DNA of 57,433 nt, the filler included, from Basidiobolus ranarum (lineage: Eukaryota): the NCBI GenBank assembly GCA_040143965.1. It is 6 parts of 6 records of this genome, joined end to end, with 100 filler letters (N's around TTAATTAATTAA, not from the genome) between each part and the next. Parts side by side here need not be neighbours in the genome. Positions count along the whole stretch, not along the records: positions 1 to 9,502 come from JASJQH010000817.1; positions 9,603 to 19,097 come from JASJQH010000818.1; 4 more parts are not named here. The stretch is one strand, 5' to 3'. Within the stretch, counting starts at the first letter, position 1. Every line of letters begins with the position of its first letter. The notes below the pieces were generated by a model that was not told where the DNA came from, did no database searches, and saw only the letters and a list, made by a program, of their open reading frames with translations. A program made the position numbers and the translations under genes. Below are positions 1-13,400 of the stretch, piece after piece.

Positions 1-330
1 CTTGGGTATGAAGAACTCTATAAAAATATTCAGGAGAATATATCAAAGAGACTAGGGATTTCAAAGGTGACAAATTAGCGTTCAAGTGGTAATTGTGTAA
101 AATTTGAGTTAAGTTTTTCGCACATGTGTTGATCCATAGTTCTCTGAGATTTTAGCCAATCATTCGCAACTATTTTGTGAGATCTTGAAATTTCACTCCT
201 GAAACTGAAAAAATTGATTAAAATCAAATCTAACTTGACGATTTTATGACGGTAAGTAAACGGTCAATCCCAAATGGATTAAAATTGTGACGGTTTTCCT
301 ATGATAACAATCCTCAAATTTCTGTTAGGG
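1..330 (-). mobile_element. Terminal fragment (left end) of a second, less decayed copy of the EnSpm/CACTA-like element
   Basis: Reverse-complement similar to 1696-2005; ends in AAATTTCTGTTAGGG (reverse complement CCCTAACAGAAATTT), the same terminal repeat as the full element; keeps CpGs that the other copy has lost. Confidence 0.75.
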
Positions 331-2049
331 GCAGGTCAATATTTCTGCAATTTCTGCCAGGCTTGATGAGTAAGCTGCTTTTCTGCAAAGAGTGATACAC
401 TTTGAATATAATGGATACATAGAGAGAAGTGGCCCCAGGGACCAAAGAGTTTTTCTCTCATTTTCTAATACAATCATTATCCAAGATGGTAATATTCAAT
501 TTTTGTTCCACACTTCATTTTGACAACTCAGAATATTGAGGAGGCAGATAGGTCTCCAATTCAATTTGTTTGGAGCATTACTTGCTATAGTTTTAATAAT
601 GAATTGGCTGTATCAGATCTGGGAGTGATACTATATGTCATATCAGAATCTATTTGTGAAAACATCAAAATTCCATGAGTAGTGGTATTTTTGAATTAAA
701 GTGACTCTAACTAACAGTTTGGTGTTACCTGACTCTGTGTTTACAAGATTGAACTGGTCTTCTGAGTAGTTTTTCTGTTGCATTAAAATTGAATGAACTC
801 AGTTGGAACTTTTAGAGATATAAGCTATCAATGAATGTTGGTGATCAACTGAGGAAATACAATTATTTTCACTTGTTATTATTCTGAAGTAAATCTGTTG
901 TATCTATTTACAATTTGAGAAAGAATGGTAACTGTTGCAATCCAGCTTGATCAAAGAATTCAAGCATCTCTGCAGATTGAGTACATAGCAAGAGTTTGAT
1001 CTCTTAAACCTTTCTGTCATAATATAATGACCAATATGAGTTGACTTGTATCATTTGGACATATTCAATATTGATCTATCATCAGATATTTGAACTTTAC
1101 CAGTAAACTGTCACAGTGCTTCTCAATACTACCTAATATGAAGTTCCCAAAGTTTATGCTTTGACAAAAGCTTCAATGCTTTAGATGCAATCAGCACTAT
1201 TGTCAGGCCAAAAGTATTGAGATGGGAAATCATTAACATATCAAATGCAAAGCACTGGTTTGTTCAAGTGGAATAAAGCTATCTGCTTTTGTATCTAAAC
1301 TATCATGGATTGTACAATTTAACCATACAAGTTATTGTATTTTAACTTTGGATGTATCATCTAGCATATTCTTATTGAATAGAGGACTATTGCCACTTTA
1401 TCATATATAGCAAACTCTCTTTGACTGTAGAAAGGATGAGTTGGATAGCTAGCTCAGGTTAAGTATTCAGCTATCATTAGAAGTTGGTCACAACACTAGG
1501 CATGTCTTAGGCCATGTTTGTTGGCTTAATAATTTATATTCTGCAACTCAATTAACTTTAGTTAGGATAAGGCTATTACAAACAGAGAGTAATGTATCTA
1601 TGGCCACTGTATCCTAGTTGGGAATAAGTCTATCTCAATCACCCATATGATGTATTACTCACACATACTTATTTGATCTTATTACAGGAATACTTCCCTT
1701 ACTGAAATTTGTAGATTGTCAGTGCAAGAAACCTGTCACAATTTTAATCCATTTTGGTTTGACCATATACTTATCACCATAAAATCATCAAGTTGGATTT
1801 GATTTTAGCCAATTTTTTTAGTTTCAGGAGTGATGTATCACTTGATTGGCTATAATCTTAGAAAACTCTGGATCAACACATGTGCAAGAATTATAACTCA
1901 AATTTCACACATTTACCACTTAAATGCTAATTGGTCATCTTTGAAATCACTAGTTTCTTTGACATATTTGCCTGAACACTTCAACAGAGCTTGTCATATG
2001 CAGGTTTAGATCTGATCCAACATAAGTGTGTATCAAGATCACCATCAAG

Positions 2050-3700
2050 GCCCATCATTGCATTAACAATGCTCAATCAACATTCTTCCAGCTAGCTGGT
2101 GGATACCCTGCAAGATTGTACCACTCTCTATCAAGTTCTGTGCACATATCTGCATGGTCAATACCAGACTGGTTGTCAAGTTTAATGTCTTCTTCTGAAG
2201 CCACTTGCTGTATGCTGGCACTGCATTTTTCCCTTCATGCTTTTGAAATTAACCTTCAACTGCTTTGACTGCTTTTATACATCCTTGTAGTGTGACACTT
2301 TCCAATCTGCTTCTGCAATGTTTGAGTAGTTTTTTGCTTGCCTCTGAATTTGGGGCTGACTCTGACACTTTCAAATGTACCAGTGAAGGTTGGGGAGCAG
2401 TGGGTTTTATTTGCTGTTGTTTCAGATTATTGAGAGATGCCAGGTGCTGAATAAACATGCAACTTTTGCACCCTTGCAACAGGTGTACTTTGCTGCACAG
2501 TAAAGTCAATCCCTTTTGCCAATGTATCTGCTGGTGTATCTAACTCCAGAAATATGGATATTTGTGAAAAAGCAAACAATTTGGTAGGTGGGACATCAGA
2601 GCCAAAAATTAATGGCTGCATTGGTTTTCCCTTGCATTTACTTCCTGCGGCTTTAGTACAGCTTTAGCTGCTTTTCTTTATTTTTCAAGTTGATAATTGC
2701 ATACATTTTCGAAATGTATCATGAGTGGACCATTGTTGGCCCAATTGGCATTTGCTTGCAAAAACTCAGGATAAGCCACTTGAATCAAATCAAGAACCTT
2801 TTGAACAATGTTTGGTATTGGTTTTTCCATGATTCACAAGAAGCTAGGTGCTTTTTGGCAAAATTTCACTCCATTTCCAAAATGTTAAATCATGCATCAT
2901 CAGAGCAGGTGCCAGCAGCTCTGACATTCAGAGTCTTTTGGTTTGCTGGCTCTCCTAGGAGATTTCTGCTTTCATGTGCCCAAGCAATTATGGGCTGTTG
3001 TATAGGCTTAATAGTCCATCAAACACTCTGTGCTGCTAGACTGTTAAGGTAACATTCATATGTATGGTGTGGAATGGGATTGATTGATATCCCAAATGAG
3101 AATGGACAGAGGGAGCAGCATGCAGTTTTAGCTCAAGTACAACATTGCAAAGATCTTGCGTAAATTTTGAGTGACTCTCTAAATGTTGTATAGTTGCTTG
3201 AGAATATGGCATTGATTGCAATATTGCCACATTATTGCTTTTCATAGCCTGTATAGCAGCTTTATAGTTTTTACTTACAATCATTTACAAAGCATTATGA
3301 TGTTGAGCCTGAGATTCCCATGTTGTAATGATGCTATCCAAATTGTCTACAGAGGGATGTTAAATAGTTGGCAAAGCAGGCATTTTGGAATTGAAGGTCT
3401 TGATGGTGTTTCTGTTCAACTTTGCTCAACTATTAATTTGCTATGTAACTGGGGGATTGTAATCTCATCACTTACCCTAATGCTAGAAGGAACACATCTG
3501 GGTGATTGACTGCGGCTTCATCATTATTTGAGTTAGTTCCCAGCTTGTTAGTGCCTTTCAAAGTGGATAGTGAATTGCTAGACTGCTCATGAATTAAGTC
3601 CTCTGTTCTTGCTGCTTTTTTCTTTCCTGCCAGCAGGCTTTTGCTTGGAAACCAATTTTAATGTAAATTTTGAATGCTTGTTTAATGGCATTGAAATACT
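2050..3700 (-). pseudogene. Decayed second ORF of the EnSpm-like element (function unknown)
   Basis: Broken ORFs such as MIVSKNYKAAIQAMKSNN...LELKLHAAPS recur on the + strand at 31447-31722 (IIGENYKAAIQAMKSNN...LELKQHAAPP); many stops and frameshifts; boundaries approximate. Confidence 0.6.
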
Positions 3701-4429
3701 TGGATGGCAAACTTGGCGTAATGAAATTGCTTAGAAACAACTTACAAATGACCAAAATTGCCACACATTGTTGGAAATATCTTGTGAATCCCCTGATGAC
3801 CCCCTGCTGATACTGTCTCAGAATTAGCTGATGATATTAATGGGATATATTTAAAATACTACCCTTTTGTAGCAAGGGTTGTTCTCAATCATATCCTTCT
3901 GATGCCACAAAACAAATGCTTAAAGAAGCCCTGCTATCACTGTCATAAGATATTGTAACATGAAAGCTGGAGGCTGCAAAGAAATAACAATCATAAGCAC
4001 TCTCATTGTACAAAGCCATCAGCTGCACAAAGCCTGGTGAGTATCAATAGTAACAAATCTACAAAAACAACTTTAGTTTTGCCTGCAGAGTCCATTGGCT
4101 GTGCTTTAACTCAAAGTTTTGGTAACACTGCTGAAAGTCAAGATACTGTGGAGTTATTGCCATTATATGACCAGAATGATGTGGGTAGAAGTGCAAGTTT
4201 GGTTTAACCAGTAAGTCCAGAAAACTTTGAGGATGTGCTGCCACATGTAGACCTTGATTATTTTAGTACTGATAGAAGTTTATCAGAAGAAGATGCTTCA
4301 GACAACAATGGTTTTATTATGGACTCTTTGCTATTGGCAAGCATTAGTCCAATCATAACACTTACAGTAAAGGAAGCAGCTTTGACTATTTAGGGGTGGA
4401 GAATTCAATCCTATCTTAGTAACCAGGTG

Positions 4430-6780
4430 TTTAAGGTTTTATCACACTCTTAGAACAGTTGATTGGCATCTGTTGCTGGCCACAGACCTGATACAAGTGG
4501 AAAACACTTGCCAATTGTATGACTTTTAATCCATCAGTAAATAATATATCTTCATGTCCAGATGATTGTTTGGCTTCCACTGGTGATGTGAAAAACCTGG
4601 AGCTGTGTACTGTTTGCACACAATTTTTGATCACTGAATCAGGTAAATATTGTTCATATTGGGCATATATATCATTGATTCCTTATATTAGAGTTATGAT
4701 GAAATCAAGCAAATATAGATCATTGATCCAATACCAAAGTGTTCACCGTAAAGCTGATGGTATACCAATATACTTGATAGATAGCACTACAAGAATCTGA
4801 AAAGTCAAGATTTCTTTGAGAACATAGATTATCATGCATTTGCATTGGCTCTGACCAATTTCTCACTAAAAAAATATACCACCAGAAAGGCTTGCTGGCA
4901 AATATTGTTAATTAACTTAAATCTTCCTCCTTCTAAACAATAAAAGAGTCATAATACTTTGACACTATCCAACATATCTGGGCCTAAATTACCAGTGCTT
5001 GTGGAGAGCTTCTTGGAGCCTTTGATTGTGGAATTGGAATAGTTCCCTAATGTGGTTCAGATGGGTCATTATTGATATAAACCTGATATCTTTGTATGTA
5101 TTGGTGACACACCTGCCATCAGTAAACTCAGAGGTTTGTGTGGGCATAATGCACTGTCTTGCAGCAGATTCTGTTAGAACAATGGAGTTTGTTCTACTAG
5201 GTATACATATTACTATTATCCAAATACAACACCAAACTCTATGATTTTACCATCAAGAGCCCAGTTAGACTTCAATATACTCACTGATATCAGTTAACCA
5301 AATAGCCAGTATGGCAATAAGTATGGGATTAGCCTTAAGCCTAAGATCATATTGCCAAAGGGGATCAGCTGGAGCCAGAGCTCCCAATTAAGCACTGTGC
5401 TATTCAAGAACATTCCATTACTACTCAGCTGTAAAGTGAAGAATTCAATCTGCATGAGCTAAATGAAATAGGACCAGAGTTTTAATTGATTGGAAAATGC
5501 TTGAAACCATCAAGATTCCATTTTAATGCACCAGAACTCCCATCAATATCAACTCATCCAGGTATTTATTTTGATGCAAAAATTGGGAGAATTGTATATG
5601 TATATATTCAAGTGGAATCTTGAAAAGATCTGTGCCTGTTAAGTATTGGCCACATTGGTAGTTGTTTGTGGATATTGTCCATATATTCTTATGGCATCAA
5701 CTCACATTTGCAGATCTCAGGCCAATACAGTGACTGTGCAAAGTCTTGTATTTGAATATGAGAAACATTATTACAGGTTTAAAGAAGATGGACTGAATCT
5801 ATGCTGGTATTCAATACATTCCCTGCTGCATCTTTCACAATGCTTGGAGAATAAAGGCCCTTGCTATACACTCTGGGAGTTCCCAATGAAGTGTGCCTGC
5901 AGTGAAATGATGCTCCATGTGAAATTATCAGTATTACCATATGCTAATCTGATTAACAATATATCAGCAAAATCAGTGATGGATGTAGTGACATGATTAT
6001 GGAGACTCCAGACTATATAATCTTCCATCAAAGGGCTCTTTTCAATGTGACCATGGGTTTTTGCTTTGTTTAGGCACAATAAAAGCAACAGAACCCAATC
6101 CATGTACATGGCATAGGTATCTCTATAATTCATACTATTTTGTTTGTGTGATTATTTGATGGTATTTTTAGAAAAGCTGCTAGACAGACTTCATGGTGAG
6201 ATAGATTGTGATATTTAATTGGATGATTTTAGCCATGAGGTTATCTATTCAAGTAATGACACATGTACTTGTGGCAGGACATTTGTTTACTGCAAGTTCG
6301 GGATATTTTAGCTAAATTCTTTATGGAAATTTGCCAAAATCCAAGAGCTTATTCTCATTGTCAATGGTAATCAGAGTCAGCTATTTGCCAAGTGTCTGTG
6401 CTACTTTAAATTTCTTTTGTTTAGCAATTTTTTCTACAATTAGTTTGTTGGTAAAGAATATTATTGTTGAATTATGACTGATCAGCCAAGTATGTGCATA
6501 TGTAGAGATTAAACACAAGCTTCTTGTATTTTTGATTCTCATAATGGCTGGAATACAAAGCCTGAAGTATATAAATAAAGGCATGCATATTAATTCAAAT
6601 CTCTTTGGGAGTAAACCCAGTAATTTACCAATTTCAAATTGGTTGAAAATCATGTAATGCATGCCAAGTATGAGGATCAATATTTCACCATGTTGGATTA
6701 CCATCATAATACTACTAAGAAGCTACCATCTCACCATCAAAATCTCTGGCAAGATACAAGCCACCAATACTGCAATGGTC
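4430..6780 (+). pseudogene. Decayed Tnp2/Transposase_21-type (CACTA) transposase
   Basis: Motifs SCPDDCLASTG...LELCTVC, CWxILLINLNLPP...GP and SIHSLLHL..CLENKGPCYTLWEFPM match the CACTA transposase pattern; multiple stops. Confidence 0.8.
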
Positions 6781-6838
6781 CTCCAACAGTTTTGTGCTCC
6801 ACAAGGGTGGATCCAATCTGGATCAATTTTTGTTAGGG

Positions 6839-7530
6839 TTTTGAATATCTCATACAATTGATTTACTCTTCTACTATATAAGGTATCTCATTCTTGTAAA
6901 GATAAGGCAACTGTAATACAGTTACAAGTCACCTCCAAGATACAAAGTCAACCTCCACTATTTAAGCATCCTGCAACATGGCAGCAGTAAGTAAGTTAGA
7001 GTCATCAATCCAAAAGCAGGAACTAAGATTCTAATGTTAAATAGAGAAGAATTGCAAGAATGGGAATTCAAGATGCTACTTGTTCTTGTTGGGAAGCATG
7101 GTAAGCAAAAAGTTTGATCAGATGAATAAGAAGAAAGTATAGATTCTGACACTGGAGCAATGAAGCCAGCATATGAAGAAGCCAGGGCAACATTAAAAGG
7201 AAAAGGCAGTTTGGCACTTGAGGATATATTTCTGAGACTGGGAATACAACAACCCATATAGTCAGAGATGCTGACTTGGCCAAGAATGCATGGGAAATCA
7301 CAGTGGAACATCATGACCAAAAACAGCCTGCTCACTTGATGATACAACAAAAGTGCTTCTTAAGCTCTCAATGATTTGAGGACTCAGATATTATGACATA
7401 TGGAAATGGTGTCAAGAAACTTGCCAACCAACCAGAATCAGCCAATGACAAAATACCAGAAATGGATAAAATTTTATTGTAGTTGATAGTCTCCCTAATC
7501 ATATTTATCCCTGTGGATCACTTAAGAAGC
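6839..7530 (+). mobile_element. Ty1/Copia 5' fragment: LTR end, primer-binding site and decayed gag
   Basis: LTR-like segment ending CAACA (6978) followed directly by TGGCAGCAGT; downstream translation ILMLNREELQEWEFKMLLVLVGK resembles a Copia gag N-terminus. Confidence 0.55.
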
Positions 7531-7584
7531 AATTAGGAATAAGCATGGCAGTATGTGTTGCAGGAAGTTGTCTACCCTGTGATT

Positions 7585-7875
7585 CATGTTTGGTGGTTAT
7601 TGCTTCTCCAACCACAGTGAAAGCTTCATCTCTTTTGACTGGCCAATGCTGTGGTCACATTCCAGTACATGCTGGAGCAAGTCATCTACCTTGAGGTTTG
7701 TGTTTGGCAGCTCTTGCCTCTTCAACCATGGTAGAAGCTTCATCTCTTTTGACTGGCTGCTGTGATCTCTGTTGTATGCTGGAACATGTTGGAACATATT
7801 TTCTACCTTGAGGTTTGTGTTTAACTGTTGTGGCTTCTTCAAGCTCAGTAAGAGCTTCACTATCTCTCTCAAACA
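7585..7875 (-). repeat. Degenerate tandem repeat of ~115-120 bp, about 2.5 copies, in an unidentified decayed - strand ORF
   Basis: Recurring blocks AAGCTTCATCTCTTTTGACTGG and TCTACCTTGAGGTTTGTGTTT; the - strand reads repeated KHKPQGR peptides. Confidence 0.75.
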
Positions 7876-9502
7876 CCTGTTGTCTTGGTCTCATGGTGAT
7901 ACACATCATAACAGATTGCTGTCTAAGTAGATTGCTCTCAGGTGTCAGATCTTTGTCTAACAAAGTGAAAGGTTAAATAATTTTTGCAATTGGCCTTTGT
8001 TGCTTTTGCATGGTAGTATACATTAAACTGGTATGTCTTCCATGTTGCATGCTCCATGGAGCTGACTCTTCTCCAGATGTAAAAAGCTCACTGGTTGGTT
8101 TGGTTGAATCAGGGAAATTGTGCACTATGATGCATGAGAGTGCAGGCCATCCTCTTTCTGGTTTTTCATTGACTGCTTACTCTTCATCAAAAATTGGAGA
8201 AATATCATGGACTCTGCCAATCTGGCATTGCTGTTGATGTGTACTACTAGCTGATGAACCAACTCATTGGGCTCTTGCCCTTGTTGGAGGTGTTACCTCA
8301 ATTCTAGTGGTGAGTTGTGTAGATTCTTCTTGTGAAATAGATACCTTATCCATAGTCTCTTCAATTCAGAGTGATCTAGTACATCTGTGCAATGTCTAGA
8401 CTGCTCCAATTTGCCTTTGGGAATTTCTTCTGATTCAATTTATTGTCTTGCTTTTCTCTTTACACCTCTGTTGATTACTCTTGCCATAGTGTCCTGAGAT
8501 GTAGTTTTGAACTCTGCAACCTCCATCAACAGTTGCAGCACAGTCTCATTGAGTATTGGTAGATATCTATTTAGAACATCTTTTGTTGGTAAAGTTGAGG
8601 CTGCAACAGTTGCTTCTGGTTCATACAAGTAAAGACATGATTGGAATCAAGTCTTTGCAGACTCAAAATCAAAATTCCTATTTCTCAATTCACACTTTTG
8701 ATCCTCATGAGTCTTATTGTGTATTTCTTGCAGACTTTTGAAGGCATGAAGATATAGTATTCTCTCCAAAGCAGAGTCAAAAGTTGCTTCCACTTTTGTC
8801 TAATCCTTCATTCAACTGTGCATGTGAAGTTTTGGAAGTGGTGGTTTCCTGTACCAAAGTAGGTTGCGAATCAGGAAGAATCAGTTTTGACATGATACAT
8901 AACTATCATGTATATCTATGATGATAGACCTTATTGGTTTCAATCAGAACTAGGGATCTTTTTATATTATTGGTTAAAATGGCAAAGTTAATTTCCTATA
9001 GTGTGATCAAGCATAATGCATTCTACTTTGAGCCATTTTGATATGTATGCAAAATAAATTGATTCAGATCAAACTATGATTAACTTTGTTGATGCAGTTT
9101 GATAATAATTGCCATGCAATCACACATAATTGAAACAATTAGGATAATAAATGCAAACAGAAATTTTATTATACAGAATGTAGGGAATTTTACCATGATA
9201 AATGAAATTCTTAGATAAATAACTCACATGCGCCAGATCAATCAGTATCATGCCAGCTCAATACAGGATTAATATCATGTTCTCCATCTACTCTAAATTG
9301 TCATTCCTCATTAATTCAAAAGCAACTACTAGCTTTCCTATTACTACCCTAGAAGCTATATTGAGAAATCCTGTGGCTCATATACCCCAATACCTACCAG
9401 AAAGCAGCTAGTCAATTTGTTTTGTTACTACAAAAACTATTGTCCAATCAGATTTCAGTGCACTATTAATGGTAGCAAAAGTGGGAGAGGCTTCCATACC
9501 AG

Positions 9503-9602
9503 NNNNNNNNNNNNNNNNNNNNNNNNNNNNNNNNNNNNNNNNNNNNTTAATTAATTAANNNNNNNNNNNNNNNNNNNNNNNNNNNNNNNNNNNNNNNNNN
9601 NN
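9503..9602. other. Artificial contig linker (N44-TTAATTAATTAA-N44)
   Basis: Six-frame stop 12-mer between N runs, 100 nt in total, repeated five times in the window. Confidence 0.98.
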
Positions 9603-10449
9603 AGAACTGGATTACATTGGTCATCAAGTTAAGTATGGATATGATCCAGTATTGTCACAATTGATTGTCACTTTGTTTTGATTGGTACCTAAGCTAAATA
9701 AAGTCCATACCACCTGGTGCTTTTCATCCCCCCCCCAATACTAAGCTGTTTAGGCAATGCTAATTTCAACATATGAGGGGGTTTGGGGAGGTATGATATA
9801 GCGACTGAACTTACAATATAGAGTAGGTTTTGAAAATATGAGCAGGAAACCCCATCCATAAGATAGCACATAACTCAGTAACTGAGTACATATCTCCCGA
9901 GATATATTAAGACTACTTAACTTCCAGGAATAGAAGCAATTATCAGCAGTCTGTGAACAATATGCATGTTTGTCAATTTAGATGGAGATATTAAAAGCAA
10001 CAGTGATCATTGAAAATGGTATCTCTTATTTTGACGAGTAAACTAGCTCACTCAAAGTGTCCAAGAAATAATCTTACAATACTATAGCTGACAAAAAAAT
10101 GGAGAACCATAAATATGGCTTATTGCATATTGGAAAACTGTTGGTATGCTAACATGGTGAATGAAATTAATCGGGCTTTATGAATTAGTGTTACCAATGG
10201 CACCTTTATGTAAAAGAATTACGCAATTATTCAAGTGCCTAGCATTCAACTTTGAGCGTCGCACTTTTCAAATGTAAATACTTTCTTCCACATACTCTCA
10301 AACTTAAAAGTGTCTCTAGAGCTAGTAAAAGTAGTGTAATATCTATGACAAGCAAATCCATGCATTCAGTTTCACATAGAAAGCAAATCGAATACTGAAG
10401 GAGTTCGCCAATAATGCACTTGATGGAAAGGGCTAAATAGTATTATAAA

Positions 10450-13400
10450 AGAGCAGACTAAGGATACGAGTGAGTCTCTCTGTAATACTTGCTGATTGTT
10501 GTGGCCACATATTCATAGTTAAGGGTTTCTTGAAGATGCAGCAAATGTACTTGAATATCGAAATATGCCATAAAGAGGCTATAATGGATTATTCGATTAC
10601 TTCTAACAAGACATATTCCCATAATAGGGCGTCCAGGTATTGATGGTTTCACAAAATACCTCAGATCCCAAGTAAACAAGTAATCAGATAAATTACTTAC
10701 AATCCCTCAATTACCATTGCTCTCAGGATTGTGAGACTATTCACAGTGGATATCCATCCCATGTTCAAATCAATGCAACTGTTAGTGTTAGGTCACATCC
10801 GTCATACACAAGCAACTCAGTTCTAAGCGCAGTCTGATTTATAAAGCAAACTACCCCGATTGCCGTGCTCAATTGTCTTCCGTCCTGAGCTAAGGGTGAT
10901 GTTATAGCCTGCGGCCTAAGGCTACTGTAGTTGACGTGTTGCGGTGGAAGTGTGTATTACTTGATAGTTTGTATTAACAGCAGGAGCCGTGGAGCTACGT
11001 CTGCTCCCATTGGCGCCAACCGACCTCTTCAATATCATTCCTGATTAAAAAGTTAATGATAGATTTAAGCTACTGTAGTTCCTTGATACTGGATCAATGG
11101 GCGCCTTACAGGAACAGGCGTTGCTGAGTTATTGCATTTGAAATGTTACCGCCTTGATCCCTGATCATAGCGAAGCATCTACTGGTTTTGTACTACCGAA
11201 CTCGCCGTATCAGCGAGACTCAGTTGGATTCTACATTGGGAAATGAATCGTAAGGTGATGGCATGTTTGGAGTTGTTTAGATTAGTCAGATGTTATCATT
11301 CACCATAGACAGTCTTCATAATCAGACCACAACGTTTATTTTGGTAACCGTTTATAGTAGTAATGGAGAGTTGGCGCTATTCAACAAGTGTTTAAACTGG
11401 TATATGTAGGCGCTCAATTGGGTTTGGGAATTTAAGTGCAGAGATACTCATGCTGTGAATTCGGACTATCGGTATCAATAAATGATACATGTTGTTGGTG
11501 AAACTAAGATTCCACAGGCTGTAGTAAATATTGCTGGGGAATTCTGGTATCTTTGCTCGGCATGTGGGTCTCTGACAAGGAACAGAACTTGAATGCAATT
11601 CATCTTGTCGCAACCGATCAGTGGACACACAACACCATGACCTAAGACATGGACTATTGGGGCGACTGCTAGCACTGATGACTTTATTAGGTGAATGATT
11701 GACCAAGGATATCCTACTCCAGGAGGATTGTTCCTGCGGCGTCCAGATCATTCACGTAGTACAATAGAAGCTGATTGATAGCAGGCGATCTCCCTTGACG
11801 GTAAGTTGGCTCAAACTGTGGTTTACGATTCTGGTAGTTGGGAGATAGGTGCGTAAAGAAATGATTGAAAAATAAATTTGGCTGTTTCTGTTGGCTCCAA
11901 CCTGCATTATCCATATACAACATACTAGCCTAGAACTGTAACATATTCATACGAGTACAAGCATTCCACTAACGAATCTTATGACTTGAAACTCAGCATA
12001 AAAGCGTGCTAACTTTAAGCTACTTGAGATACACTGTCCCAACCAATCGGTGGCGATAGCCTTGTAGTACTTGGAAGTCTTTGTTATCAAGAAACCACTC
12101 ACCAGTAGTAGGCCAAGAATGATGTGGGAGTCTGTATGAGTAAGACTAGAAATAGTAAGATTGGGGTTTTACTTACCCTCGTAGAGATTTTTAGATTAAA
12201 ATTATGCAACATAAATGTAGTATCCTGGTCTCGCTAACTCCTAATGCTGATGTATTTTACTATTTAGTTCCCAGGTTGCTTTCTCTTTATGTGGCTACCG
12301 GATTAGCAATGGAAACTACCAGTATGTAAGACCAATCCTCTTGTAGGCTTTCACTACTTGACGTGACCCATTCCTTTTCAAGTAATTATATTTCTTCCGG
12401 TATGTATCCAACTAGAATTACAGGGCAGTTGTGTCACAAAGATAATTGGAGGCATGCTGTATCATTCTTGAAACTGCAAAAGGTTGGCGAGCTCAGAGAA
12501 AGTTCCAAGATTCAGTTCTGCGCCTTGTATCTCGTGTGTATGATATATGGTTTATTTGAGCACTGATTCGTTAGGGTATGTTTACTGCTAATTCTAGATG
12601 GCTTGTGTTATTGATCTGAATCAAGAGGTTGATGATTGGTTTTAGTACTACATGGTTTGTGGTTCAGAATATTTCTTAGCCCATCGTAGTTGGTAGCATC
12701 CAATCAGTGATTTGAGTAGAAGATTACTCATCGAGTAACATTTCACAATAACAATAAGCATTGATAACATTGAGTAGTTGGAGCTGGATGTCTGTAATGA
12801 AGTGCTCACATATCCCCCATGTGTGCTTTAGGGAAAAGGGAAGATACTATGGAGTCAACTGAAGCTCAAATCAATACTTTCCAGTGGCTGTTGACCATGG
12901 ATGTCTTCATTACCCAACAGCCTTTACCTGAGTCGTACAAGACTATGCACCATTACTGGACAGACTGATGAGTGTTGTTCTACTGGTTCATCTACAACGA
13001 CCGGCGTTGCCAAGGTTGTACATTATGCTTGGATCCTTTACGTATATTTATAGTTACTCTACTAGATATGCTCATTGGTCATCCATTTTTCGTGATTGTT
13101 ACCCAAATCAGGTTGTGTTTATATTTTCTTCGTGAACAGATATCAGTATGATCTACTATGCATAAGCTATATACTGCTGCTACATCCAATATTGTGCAAT
13201 AATTTCCTGGACTTTGTTAATAACTTTTGAGGAAGGCCATCTTTCTGCACTCAAAGTCTTGCAAAGAAGACACATTTCACCGCGATTGGTAGTATTCTGT
13301 GTTATCTTCTCTCCGAGGCACCCCAGTTTTCAATTGATTCCGAGAGCAGCCGTATTAAGCTCGGCTCTGCGGGTGGCAATTCTAACTAGAGTTCGATACG

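Larger units (their letters stand above)
1696..6838 (+). mobile_element. Full-length decayed EnSpm/CACTA (CMC) DNA transposon with CCC...GGG termini, about 5.1 kb
   Basis: Left end CCCTTACTGAAATTT (1696) and right end AATTTTTGTTAGGG (6838) form an imperfect ~14-bp TIR; TT flanks both sides (possible 2-bp TSD); contains a + strand transposase remnant and a - strand second ORF remnant. Confidence 0.8.

Noticed and set aside
331-1695. Possible coding relic between the two EnSpm ends
   Set aside because: CpG-depleted and probably TE-derived, but no motif could be identified with confidence.
1-2005. ~300-bp inverted repeats suggesting one foldback/MULE element spanning 1-2005
   Set aside because: The CCCTAAC-type termini face inward (330 and 1696) and the arms differ in CpG decay; they are left ends of two separate EnSpm-like copies.
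9547-9558. Regularly spaced TTAATTAATTAA palindromes about every 9.6 kb
   Set aside because: Synthetic six-frame stop linker inside N runs, not a biological repeat or array.
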